NCBI RefSeq assembly: GCF_963921235.1
Contig: NC_086097.1
Coordinates: forward strand, 255,194,001-255,258,000
Direction: 5' to 3'
DNA length: 64,000 nt
Source of the DNA: Mobula hypostoma
Taxonomy: Eukaryota
The notes under the pieces were generated by a model. The model had not been told where the DNA came from. It saw only the letters and a program-made list of their open reading frames with translations, and ran no database searches. How positions within the stretch are numbered: position 1 is the stretch's first letter; every line of letters starts with the position of its first letter. Below are positions 23,672 to 35,157 of this stretch, piece after piece. The translations under genes were made by a program, and so were the position numbers.

Positions 23672-26338
23672 AGAAACATAGAAACATAGAAAACCTACAG
23701 CACAATACAGGCCCTTCAGCCCACAAAGCTGTGTCGAACATGTCCCTACCTTAGAAATTACCTAGGGTTACCCATAGCCCTCTATTTTTCTAAGCTCCAT
23801 GTACCTATCCAGGAGTCTCTTAAAAGACCCTATCGTATCCACCTCCACCCGCGCCACCGGCAGCCCATTCCATGCACTAATCACTTTCTGATATCTCCTC
23901 TGTACCTGCTCCCAAGCACCTTAAACCTGTGCCCTCTTGTGGCAGCCATTTCAGCCCTGGGAAAAAGCCTCTGACTATCCACACGATCAATACCTCTCAT
24001 CATCTTATACACCTCCATCAGGTCACCTCTCATCCTCCTTTGCTCCGAGGAGAAAAGGCCGAGTTCACTCAACCTATTCTCATAAGGCATGCTCCCCAAT
24101 CCAGGCAACATGCTTAGAAATCTCCTCTGCACCCTTTCTATGGTTTCTACATCCTTCCTGTAGTTTGGTGACAGAACTGAGCACAGTACTCCAAGTGGGG
24201 TCTGACCAGGGTCCCATATAGCTGCAATATTACCTCTCGGCTCTTAAACTCAATCCCACGATTGATGAAGGCCAATGCACCGTATGCCTTCTTAATCACA
24301 CAGTCAACCTGCACAGCTGCTTTGAGTGTCCTATGGACTCGAACCCCAAGATCCCTCTGATCCTCCACTCTGCCAAGAGCCTTACCATTAATACTATATT
24401 ATGCCATCATATTTGACCTACCAAAATGAACCACTTTACACTTATCTGGGTTGAACTCCATCTGCCACTTCTCAGCCCAGTTTTGCATCCTGTCAATGTC
24501 CAGCTGTAATCTCTGACAGCCCTCCATACTATCCACAACACCCCCAACGTGTGTATCATCAGCAAATTTATTAACACATCCCTCCACTTCCTTATCCAGG
24601 TCATTGATAAGAATCATGAAGAGTAGGGGTCCCAGAACAGATCCCTGAGGTACACCACTGGTCACCGACCTCCATGCAGAATATGACCCATTTACAACAA
24701 CTCTTTGCCTTCTGTGGGCAAGCCAGTTCTGGATCCATGAAGCAATGTCCCCTTGGATCCCATGCCTCCTTACTTTCTCAATATCAAATGCCTTGCTGAA
24801 ATTCACATACAGTACATCTATCTTCATCAATGTGTTTAGTCACATCCTCAAAAAATTTAATCAGGCTTGTAAGGCACGACCTGCCTTTGACAAAGCCATG
24901 CTGACTATTCCTAATCATATTATACCTCTCCAAATGTTCATAAATCCTACCTCTCACAATCTTCTCCATCAACTTATCAACCATTGAAGTAAGACTCACT
25001 GGTCTATAATTTCCTGGGCTATCTCCACTTCCTTTCTTGAATAAGGGAACGACATCTGCAACCCTCCAATCCTCTGGAACCTCTCCCGTCCCCGTTGACA
25101 ATGCAAAGATCATCACCAGAGGCTCAGCAATCTCCTCCCTTGCCTCCCACAGTAGCCTGGGGTACATCTCATCCGGTCCCGGCGACTTATCCAACTTGAT
25201 GCTTTCCAAAAGCTCCAGCACATCCTCTTTCTTAATATCTACATGCTCAAGCTTTTCAGTCCACTGGAAGCCATCCGTACAATCGCCAAGATCCTTCTCC
25301 GTAGTGAATACTGAAGCAAAGTATTCATTATGTACCTCTGCCATCTCCTCCAGTTCCATCCATATTTTTCCACTGTTACTCTTGATTTGTCCTATTCTCT
25401 CACATCTTATCCTCTTGCTCTTCACATACTTGTAGAATGCTTTGGGGTTTTCCTTAATCCTGTCTGCCAACGCCTTCTCATGGCCCCTTCTGGCTCTCCT
25501 AATTTCTTTTTTAACTCCTTCCTGCTAGCCTTATAATCTTCTGGATCTCTGTCATTACCTAGTTTTTTGAACCTTTCATAAGCTTTTCTTTTCTTCTTGA
25601 CCAGATTTACAACAGCCTTTGTTCACCACGGTTCCTTTCCCCTACCATCCTTTCCCTGTCTCATTGCAACTACATATGCAGAACTCCACGCAAATATCCC
25701 CTGAACATTTGCCGCATTTCTGCATTTCCCATCTGTTCCCTATTTATGCTTCCAATTTCCTGCCTGATATTTCCCCTTACTCCAATTAAACACTTTCCTA
25801 ACTTGTCTGTTCATACCCCTCTCCAGTGCTATGTTAAAAGAGATGGAATTGTGATCACTATCTCCAAAATGCTCTCCCACTGAGAGATCTGACATCTGAC
25901 TAGGTTCATTTCCCAATACCAGATCAAGTACAGCCTCTCCTCTTGTAGGCTTATCTACATATTGTGTCAGGAAACCTTCCTGAACACATCTAACTAACTC
26001 CACCCCATCTAAACCCCTCACTCTAGGAACATGCCAATTGATCTTTGGGAAATTAAAATCTCCCACCACGACAACCCTGTTATTATTACATCTTTCCAGA
26101 ATCTGTCTCCCTATCTGCTCCTCGATGTCCCTCTTACTATTGGTCTACAAAAATACTCAGTAGAGTTATTGACCCTTTCCTGTTCCTGACTTCCACCCAC
26201 AGAGACTCCGTAGACAATCCCTCCATGACTTCCTCCTTTTCTGCAGCCGTGACACTATCTCTGATCAACAGTGCCGCGCCCCCAACTCTTTTGCCTCCCT
26301 TCCTGTCCTTTCTGAAACATCTAAAGCTTGGCACTTGA
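23672..26338 (-). mobile_element. CR1 (family D) ORF2, 5'-truncated
   Basis: Endonuclease motifs (GDFN, SDH), RT (FADD), C-terminus and (ttctatgt)n tail at ~23672. Confidence 0.93.
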
Positions 26339-26789
26339 GAGGGGAGAGCATTATTAGCAACTTTCAAAAACTATAGATTATAAAAGAGTGTCTGCAGACT
26401 TGAGAGTGGCAAAATTGAATCTGCTGATTAAAATAGGATAGAAAAACCCAGGGTTCTATAACAAGCATTGAGCAGATAGGTTCCCAAGATGATAGAACTG
26501 TTATAGGGCCTACTTCTGTGCTATGATACTATGAATCTATCTCTGACCACTCCTTGTGGTCAAACTATTCCTGGTCCCGGACTCCTCAAAGAAGGGAAAT
26601 ATTTCAAGCCCTGACTGATTTGGTAGCTGTGGCTCCTGGGGACTCATTTTGGGGACTCTGTGGATTCTATGGTGTTTCTTTGTTCCATGACAGACTGCAG
26701 GTGGAGGATTCTCAGGGTTGAGTTCTGAATACATACTTTGAAAATAAATGTACTGCAAAACTTTGAAATTTTAACCAATCATCGTGCAA

Positions 26790-26900
26790 CTTTTGGAGTG
26801 TGGGAGGAAATAGGAGCTCCTGGAGGAAAGCACGGTGGTCACAGGTAGAACATGCAAACTGCACACCAACGTTTGAGGCTAGGACTGAACTTGAGTTACT
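26790..26900 (-). mobile_element. V-SINE-type central domain remnant
   Basis: Minus strand gtgtgcagtttgcatgttctacctgtg...tttcctccaggagctcctatttcctcccaca resembles the vertebrate V-SINE core. Confidence 0.6.
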
Positions 26901-27430
26901 GGAGTTTGAAGACAGTGGCTCTCCCAGTTGGATCACTGTAATATCATCTTGATGGGGACTTCTCTCAGTCCTCTGACTGGGGGAGAATGCAGCACTAGTT
27001 TAATCAATCACTCCTCCCCAGAGCATGCCCAATAAATCTTCACTGCACACTTTTTATGGCAAATCGATCTTTCTTTGGTAAGGAAACCTTAAGTGCATAC
27101 AATTCTGTAGGTGTGATCTTTCCAAGGCAATTGATCCTTGCAAGTGTGGTCTTACCAAGGCTTTATACGGTTGAAATCAGACTTCCTTAGACCAAAAGAA
27201 GGAGACCTGCATGAATAAATGGACAGAATGGCCTATTTCTGTGATATAAGTTCTATCTTTTCTTTGTTCCACTGGAAAGATTGCACTGAAAGAGGTCACT
27301 GACAATAATGCTGATGGATAAAACCTTAGCTAGACAGCTCCGTCTCTTCGGATCGAGAAGACAGCGGTAAGAGGCTAAGGATTTCCAGCGAGAAGACATT
27401 TTATTTCTCGGAGTAGGAGAGAGGACAGAC

Positions 27431-27477
27431 TGCGCAGGCGCGTGACGTCAGCCAGTTGAGCGCAAACTGTTTAAAAA
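27431..27477 (+). promoter_or_regulatory. CR1 5'UTR promoter-like module (NRF1-like, CRE, TATA-like)
   Basis: TGCGCAGGCGC at 27431-27441, perfect TGACGTCA at 27443-27450 and TTTAAAAA at 27470-27477, within a CpG-rich patch. Confidence 0.5.
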
Positions 27478-27868
27478 GAAAACCGCCATATCCAGCGGGC
27501 AGCGTCGGAGCGGGCTGCGGAGTGAGAGGGTGCAGAGTGAAAGGGCTTTGGCTCAACAGGCTTCGGCGGAGACGGGAAGAGGCTTCCTGCGACCGTTGAG
27601 TCTCATAGTAGCAGAGTAAGTTACAGTTTTTTGGTACTTGATACAAACAGTAGCATTAGAGGTATGCATCTAGGATTAGTGTTGTGCTTGGAGTGCCAGA
27701 TGTGGGGACCCTGGGAGACTCCCAGCCTCCCCAAGGATTACATCTGCACCAGGTGCACTGAGATGAGGCTCCTGAAGGACCGTGTTAAGGAGCTTGAGAT
27801 GGAAATTGATGACCTTCGGCTATTTAGGGAAAGTGAGGAGGTGATAGATACTACCTATAGAGAGGTGC

Positions 27869-27904
27869 AGTCGACGTTTCAGGCCGAGACCCTTCGTCAG
27901 GACT
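27869..27904 (-). ncRNA. Minimal hammerhead ribozyme (PLE), sense to the CSPG5 pre-mRNA
   Basis: Exact reverse complement of 28019-28054. Confidence 0.82.
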
Positions 27905-28018
27905 AACTGAAGGAAGAGTGAGTAAGGGATTTGAAAGTTGGAGGGGGAGGGGGAGATCCAAAAGGATCTCCCCCTCCCCCTCCAACTTTCAAATCCCTTA
28001 CTCACTCTTCCTTCAGTT

Positions 28019-28054
28019 AGTCCTGACGAAGGGTCTCGGCCTGAAACGTCGACT
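28019..28054 (+). ncRNA. Minimal hammerhead ribozyme (PLE)
   Basis: AGTC-CTGACGA-AGG(gtctcgg)CCT-GAAA-CGTC-GACT with an intact core. Confidence 0.82.
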
Positions 28055-31000
28055 GCACCTCTTCCTACAGATGCTGCCTGGCCTGCTGCGTTCACCAGCA
28101 ACTTTGATGTGTGTTGCTTGAATTTCCAGCATCTGCAGAATTCCTGTTGTTTACCTATAGAGAGGTAGTGGATAGCACCCCTGTGACAGTCCCCCTCAGA
28201 AATCGATATATCGTTTTGGATACTGTTGAAGAGGCAGACCTGACAGAGGAGGACCACAGTGAACGAGACTCTGGCATTCTGCCCAGTGCCGAAATCAAGA
28301 GAGCCAGAAGAAATGCGGTAATTATGGGGGATTCCACCGTAGGGAGATGGACAAGAGATTCTGCGAGCCGGACAAGGATACCCGGATGGTGTGTTGCCTC
28401 CCTGGTGCCCAGGTACGGGATGTCTCAGATCGAGTCCAGAGTATTCTGAGGAGAGAGGGCGAGCAGCCGGAAGTCTTGGTACATGTTGGTCCCAATGACA
28501 TAGACAGAAAAAGAGAGGAGGTCCTGAAGAAAGATTACTGGGAGCTAGGAAGAAAATTGAAAAGCCGGACCTCCAGAGTAATAATATCAGGATTGCTGCC
28601 TGAGCTGCGTGCTAATAATGGTAAGAATAGCAGAATTAAGCAGATGAATGTGTGGCTAAGTAACTGGTGCAGGGGGCAGGGCTTCAAATTCTTGAATCAT
28701 TGGGATCTATTTTGGGGAAGGTATGACTTATACAAAAAAGATGGATTACACCTGAACTCAAAAGGTACAAATATCCTGGCGGGATTGTTTAATATAGCTG
28801 TTAGGGAGGGTTTTAACTAAGTTGGCAAGGGGAAGGAAACCAAGGTGTTAGGGTCGAGGAAGAGGAAAATAGAAATAAGTCAAAAATACTGTGTAGCAAA
28901 GATCACAAGAAGGACAGGCCGGAAAATAAACAGGATAATTTTCTGCAAAATAGAAATATAGCAAAATCGACAACAGATACTGATCTAAATGTACTGTACT
29001 TAAATGCACACAGCATTAGAAATAAAGTGGATGACCTTGCTGCACAGCTGCAGGTTAAAAGATATGACATTGTGGCCATCACCGAGTCGTGGCTAAATGA
29101 TGGATGTGATTGGGAGCTGAATATCCAAGGATACACAGTGTATAGGAAAGATAGGAAGGTAGGTAAAGCGGGTGGTGTGGCCCTGATGGTAAGTAATGAT
29201 ATCAAATCAATAGAAAGAAGGGACATAGGATCAGAAGAGGTAGAATCCTTATGGGTAGAATTAAGAAATGGCAAGGGTAAAAAGACACCAATAGCAGTTA
29301 TATACAGGCCTCCAAACAGCAGCCGAGATGTGGAGTACAAGTTGCAGCTGGAAGTAGAAAAAGCGTGTCAGAAGGAAAATGTCAAGATAATTATGGGGGA
29401 TTTTCATATGAAAGTGGATTGGGAAAGTCAGGAAAGTAATGGATCTCAGGAGAGGGAGTTTGTAGAATGCCTACAGGATGGCTTTTTGGAGCAGCTTGTC
29501 CAGAAGCCCACCAGGGGACCGGCTGTTTTGGATTGGTGTTGTGTAACAAACCTGAGGTGATTAGGGAGCTGGAGGTAAAGGAACCCCTTGGAAGTAGAGA
29601 TCATAATATGATTGAGTTCAGTTTCAAATTTGAAAAGGAGAAGCTGGTATCAGGTGTATCAATATTTCAGTGTAACAGGGGAAATTACAGTGGTAAGAGA
29701 GAGGAACTGGCCAAGTCGATTGGAAAAGTAAGCTAAATGGAGGGACGGCAGAGCAGAGTTGGATGAAATTCCTACAAGAAATAAGGAAGATGCAGGAAAA
29801 ATATATTCCAAGAAAAAAGAAAATCATGAATGGAAAAATGGCACAAATGTGGCTAATGAGAGAGGTTAAGGCAAAAATAAAAGCAAAAGAAACTGCGTAC
29901 AAGGAAGTAAAAATTAGTGGGAAAAATGAGGACTGGAAGACCTTTAAAAACTTACAGAAGGAAAGTAAGAAAGTCATTAGGAAAGAAAAGATGAATTATG
30001 AAAGGAAGTTGGCGATTAACATAAAAAAGGATACTAAGAGTTTTTTTAAATATATGAAGAGTAAAAGAGTGACAAGGGTAGATACGGGACCGATTGAAAA
30101 TGATGCTGGAGAAATTATAATGGAATACAAAGAGAGGGTGGAGGAACTGAATGAGTATTTGGCATCAGTCTTCACAGTGGAAGACATGAGCAATATACCT
30201 GATAGCCAGTGGTATCAGGGAATAGAATTAGGTACAGTCAAGATTACTAGAGAGAAAGTGCTTGGGAAGCTAAGTGGACTAGGAATAGATAAGTCTCCTG
30301 GTCCGGATGAGGTGCACCCAAGGGTTCTGAAGGAGGTGGCTTTGGAGATTGTGGAAGCACTGGAAATGATCTTCCAGGAATCAATAGACTATGGCATGGT
30401 TCCGGAGGACTGGAAGGTCGCAAATGTAGTTCTGTTATTTAAGAAAGGAAGGAGGCAGCAAAAAGAAATTACAGACCTATTAGTCTGACATCGGTAGTTG
30501 GAAAGATATTGGAGTCAATCCTCAAGGACGAGATTATGAAATACCTCGAGGTGCATGACAGGATAGACTGAAGCCAGCATGGTTTCATGAAGGGAAGATC
30601 CTGCCTCACCAACCTATTGGAATTTTTTGAGGTAATCTCGAATAAGATTGACAAGGGAGAGGCTGTGGCTGTTGTGTATTTGGATTTTCAAAAGGCCTTT
30701 GATAAGGTGCTGCATATGAGGCTGCTTAATAAGATGAGAGCCCATGGAATTATAGGAAAGATATTGAAATGGGTGGAGCACTGGCTGATAGCCAGAAAGC
30801 AAAGGGTGGGAATAAAGGGATCCTATTTTGATTGGTTGCCGGTTACTAGTGATGTTCCGCAGAGGTCGGTGTTGGGGCCGCTTCTTTTTACGATGTATAT
30901 CGATAATTTGGATTATGGATTAAATGGTTTTGTGGCCAAGTTTGCGAATGACACCAAGATAGGTGGAGGAGCAGGAAATGTTGAAGAAATGGAAAGGTTG

Positions 31001-32039
31001 CAGAGAGACCTAGTCAGTTTAGGAGAGTGGGCAAAGAAATGGCAGATGAGATACAACGTTGACAAATGTACGGTTGTACATTTTGGAAGAAGAAATAATC
31101 AGGCAGATTATTATTTAGATGGGGAGAAAATTCAAAAATCGGAAGTGCAGAGGGACTTGGGGGTCCTCATGCAGGATACCCTAAAGGATAACCACCAAGT
31201 TGGATCGGTGGTAAGGAAAGCGAATGCTATGTTGGCATTCATTTCAAGAGGAATAGTGTGTAAGAGTACGGAGGTGTTGATGAGGCTCTATGGGGCATTA
31301 GTGAGACCTCATTTGGAATACTGCGTGCAGTTTTAGGCCCCCTATCTTAGAAAGGATATACTGATGTTGGAGAGAGTTCAGAGAAGATTTACGAGGATGA
31401 TTCCTGGAATGCAGGGGCTAACATATGTGGAGCATCTGTCGGCTCTTGGATTGTATTCATTAGAGTATAGAAGAATGAGAGGGGATCTCATAGAAACATT
31501 TCGAATGTTGAAAGGGTTGGACAGAGTAGATGTGGAAAGGTTGTTTCCCTTAGTGGGTGAGTCCAGGACGAGAGGCCATAGTCTTAGAATTAGAGGGTAC
31601 CCAGTTAAAACGGAGATGAGGAGAAATTTTTTTAGCCAGAGGGTCGTGGATTTGTGGAATTCGTTGCCACATACAGCTGTGGAGGCCCGATCATTGAGGG
31701 TGTTTAAGGAGGAGATTGACAGGTATCTAATTAGTCAGGGTATCAAGGGATATGGGGAAAAAGCCGGAAATTGGAACTAGATGGGTGAATAGTTTAGCTC
31801 ATGGGGGAGCTGTGGAGCAGACTCGATGGGCCGAATGGCCTAATTCTGCTCCTTTGTCTTGTGATCTTGTGATCTGATTTATATGTGTCTGGTCCCACAC
31901 CAAAGACTTCCCTCTTTCAAGCCTTTCAGTTGTATCATTATGGCTCACCACCACCAACATCTTAGGGCATGTAGTGATAAATACTAATCCTGACCTTGTC
32001 AGTGATATCCATATCCGTGGAACAAATAAAAATAATTAT

Positions 32040-32720
32040 TATGTGGAGAAGGAAGGAGAATGGGGATGTGAGGGAAAATAAATCAGCCATGATCAAATGT
32101 CAGAGCACAGTCAATGGTCCAATTCTACTCCTATGCCATATGGTCCTATGGTCTTAGTTTCCAATGAAACTGGACATATTTGGAAGTTCTAATTGTCATC
32201 AGTCTATTGCTGAAGTAAATGTAGATGATGAAAACATTCTAAGGTTGCATTTGGAATATGGTGAGCAGTTCTGGGCCCCTTACCTAAGAAGTGATCTGCT
32301 GACATTGGAGAGGGTCCAGAGGAGGTTTACCAGAATTTTCCTGGGAATGAAAGAGTTAACATACGGGAAGCATTTGATGGTTCTGGGCCTGTACTTGCTG
32401 GAGTTTAGAATAATGAACGTATGATCTCATTGAAACCTAGCGAACATTGAAAGGTGTAGATAGAGTGGACGTGGAGAGGAAGTTTCCTATAGTGGGGGAG
32501 TCAAGGACCACAGGCACAGTCTCAGAATAAAGATGAATTTCTTTAAGCAAAGGAGATGAACCTGTAGAATTATTGCAAGTGGTTGATATGTTCTTGACTA
32601 GTCACGGGGAGAAGGCAGCAAATGGGGTTGAGAGGGATAATAAATCAGCCATGATAGAATGGCAGAGCAGACTCAATGGGCTGAATAGCCTAATACTGGT
32701 CCCATGTCTTAATGGTCTTT
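32040..32720 (+). mobile_element. Old CR1 3' fragments
   Basis: LRLHLEYGEQFWAPYL...LERVQRRFTR and two tcagccatgat-type 3' ends. Confidence 0.75.
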
Positions 32721-32858
32721 TCACTTCACTAAGACTGTTTACGCAGCCAAACATTGTGTTAATGAATCCCACAATCTGATCATCATTTATGAGAAAGATC
32801 TCCTACTACTTTAGCAAGATTCTTTTCCCCAAAGTTCTGAAATTTCTAAACATGTTCA

Positions 32859-34902
32859 AGTGCACCCGTGGCTGACAAGAGAAATTAGGGATAGTATCAA
32901 TTCCAAAGAAGTAGCATACAAATTAGCCAGAGAAAGTGGCCCACCTGAGGACTGGGAGAAATTCAGAGTTCAGCAGAGGAGGACAAAGGGCTTAATTAGG
33001 AAGGGGAAAAAAGATTATGAGAGAAAACTGGCAGAGAACATAAAAACGGACTGTAAAAGCTTTTATAGATATGTAAAAAGGAAAAGACTGATAAAGACAA
33101 ATGTAGGTCCCCTGCAAACAGAAACAGGTGAATTGATTATGGGGAGCAAGGACATGGCAGACCAATTGAATAATTACTTTGGTTCTGTCTTCACTAAGGA
33201 GGACATAAATAATCTTCCAGAAATAGTAAGGGACAGAGGGTCCAGTGAGATGGAGGAACTGAGCGAAATACATGTTAGTAGGGAAGTGGTGTTAGGTAAA
33301 TTGAAGGGATTGAAGGCAGATAAATCCCCAGGGCCAGATGGTCTGCATCCCAGAGTGCTTAAGGAAGTGGCCCAAGAAATAGTGGATGCATTAGTGATAA
33401 TTTTTCAAAACTCGTTAGATTCTGGACTAGTTCCTGAGGATTGGAGGGTGGCTAATGTAACCCCACTTTTTAAAAAAGGAGGGAGAGAGAAACCGGGGAA
33501 TTATAGGCCGGTTAGCCTAACGTCGGTGGTGGGGAAACTGCTGGAGTCAGTTATCAAGGATGTGATAACAGCACATTTGGAAAGCGGTGAAATGATCGGA
33601 CAAAGTCAGCATGGATTTGTGAAAGGAAAATCATGTCTGACGAATCTCATAGAATTTTTTGAGGATGTAACTAGTAGAGTGGATAGGGGAGAACCAGTGG
33701 ATGTGGTATATTTGGATTTTCAAAAGGCTTTTGACAAGGTCCCACATAGGAGATTAGTGTGCAAACTTAAAGCACACGGTATTGGGGGTAAGGTATTGGT
33801 GTGGGTGGAGAATTGGTTAGCAGACAGGAAGCAAAGAGTGGGAATAAACGGGACCTTTTCAGAATGGCAGGCGGTGACTAGTGGGGTACCGCAAGGCTCA
33901 GTGCTGGGACCCCAGTTGTTTACAATATATATTAATGACTTGGATGAGGGAATTAAATGCAGCATCTCCAAGTTTGCGGATGACACGAAGCTGGGTGGCA
34001 GTGTTAGCAGTGAGGAGGATGCTAAGAGGATGCAGGGTGACTTGGATAGGTTGGGTGAGTGGGCAAACTCATGGCAGATGCAATTTAATGTGGATAAATG
34101 TGAAGTTATCCACTTTGGTGGCAAAAATAGGAAAACAGATTATTATCTGAATGGTGGCCGATTAGGAAAAGGGGAGGTGCAACGAGACCTGGGTGTCATT
34201 ATACACCAGTCATTGAAAGTGGGCATGCAGGTACAGCAGGCGGTGAAAAAGGCGAACGGTATGCTGGCATTTATAGCGAGAGGATTCGAGTACAGGAGCA
34301 GGGAGGTACTACTGCAGTTGTACAAGGCCTTGGTGAGACCACACCTGGAGTATTGTGTGCAGTTTTGGTCCCCTAATCTGAGGAAAGACATCTTTGCCAT
34401 AGAGGGAGTACAAAGAAGGTTCACCAGATTGATTCCTGGGATGGCAGGTCTTTCATATGAAGAAAGACTGGATGAACTGGGCTTGTACTCGTTGGAATTT
34501 AGAAGATTGAGGGGGGATCTGATTGAAACGTATAAGATCCTAAAGGGATTGGACAGGCTAGATGCAGGAAGATTGTTCCCGATGTTGGGGAGGTCTAGAA
34601 CGAGGGGTCACAGTTTGAGGATAGAGGGGAAGCCTTTTAGGACCGAGGTTAGGAAAAACTTCTTCACACAGAGAGTGGTGAATCTGTGGAATTCTCTGCC
34701 ACAGCAAACTGTTGAGGCCAGTTCATTAGCTATGTTTAAAAGGAAGTTAGATATGGCCCTTGTGGCTACAGGGGTCAGGGGGTATGGAGGGAAGGCTGGG
34801 TTCTGAGTTGGATGATCAGCCATGATCATAATAAATGGCGGTGCAGGCTCGAAGGGCCGAATGGCCTACTCCTGCACCTATTTTCTATGTTTCTATGTTT
34901 CT
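32859..34902 (+). mobile_element. Very young 5'-truncated CR1 (family A) with an uninterrupted RT ORF
   Basis: 648-aa open frame with all RT motifs (YRPVSL, QHGF, DFQKAFD, GVPQGS, FADD), ending in the 3' hairpin and (ttctatgt)n tail. Confidence 0.96.
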
Positions 34903-34943
34903 AAAAAGGTTCCCTACAGACGTCTAGAAACACTCAGGTAGCG

Positions 34944-35022
34944 ATGACCTCACATGCAACAGAAGTGATGAGGTGGTGCATAATGATGGATGAAGCGGTG
35001 TATAGAGATTACCTGGCATGCA
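34944..35022 (-). promoter_or_regulatory. Candidate neural splicing-regulatory cluster (RBFOX TGCATG x2, NOVA YCAY x7)
   Basis: Minus-strand TGCATG at 35017-35022 and 34953-34958. Seven YCAY tetramers lie within 34944-34993, just downstream of the distal donor. Confidence 0.55.
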
Positions 35023-35081
35023 ATACCATCATAGGAAGCATGAGGTAACAGAAATGATCAAGTGCTGCATAATGTTCTTAC
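35013..35081 (-). other. CSPG5: Alternative 5'-splice-site extension of the CSPG5 penultimate exon, containing an in-frame TGA
   Basis: 69 nt in frame: VRTLCST*SFLLPHASYDGIACQ followed by CAG|GTAATC. It resembles the recalled mammalian insert VRKLCNTPRTSSPHARALAHYDNVICQ. The TGA is at 35060-35058. Confidence 0.8.
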
Positions 35082-35157
35082 GTTTGCCTGGGATCCTTCA
35101 GCAATGGTGGAGAGAGAAAAATTGTCATTGTGTTGTTCCAGCTGGGGCCTGTATTTG
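35082..35157 (-). CDS. CSPG5: Penultimate coding exon of CSPG5 (76 nt, proximal donor)
   Basis: Acceptor tatctgtttttcAG (35159-35158) and donor AAC|GTAAGA (35081). One nt plus 25 codons read KYRPQLEQHNDNFSLSTIAEGSQAN, against recalled human KFRTPSELHNDNFSLSTIAEGSHPN (HNDNFSLSTIAEGS identical). It ends in phase 0, matching the phase-0 terminal exon. Confidence 0.95.

Larger units (their letters stand above)
27861..28151. mobile_element. Fold-back PLE pseudo-LTR insertion in CR1 ORF1
   Basis: Perfect 99-bp inverted arms (27861-27959 / 27964-28062) around an AAAA loop. The 15-bp TSD tacctatagagaggt is at 27852-27866 and 28152-28166. Confidence 0.93.
27400..31876 (+). mobile_element. Near full-length CR1 (5'UTR, ORF1, ORF2, tail), inactivated
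   Basis: ORF1 ~27664-28820 (CLECQMW...CTRC, coiled coil, IMGDS...DGLHLN). ORF2 ~28990-31780 has APE and RT with several stops and frameshifts; (tcttgtga)n tail at ~31857-31875. Confidence 0.93.

Noticed and set aside
35058..35060. Selenocysteine recoding of the in-frame TGA
   Set aside because: By eye there is no SECIS-like AUGA...AA...GA stem-loop in the 3' UTR (9970-10381), and the aligned mammalian position is not Cys. A SECISearch run would settle it.
35058..35060. Canonical programmed readthrough context
   Set aside because: The context is UGA-UCAU, not the UGA-CUAG motif. It is kept only as a minor alternative.
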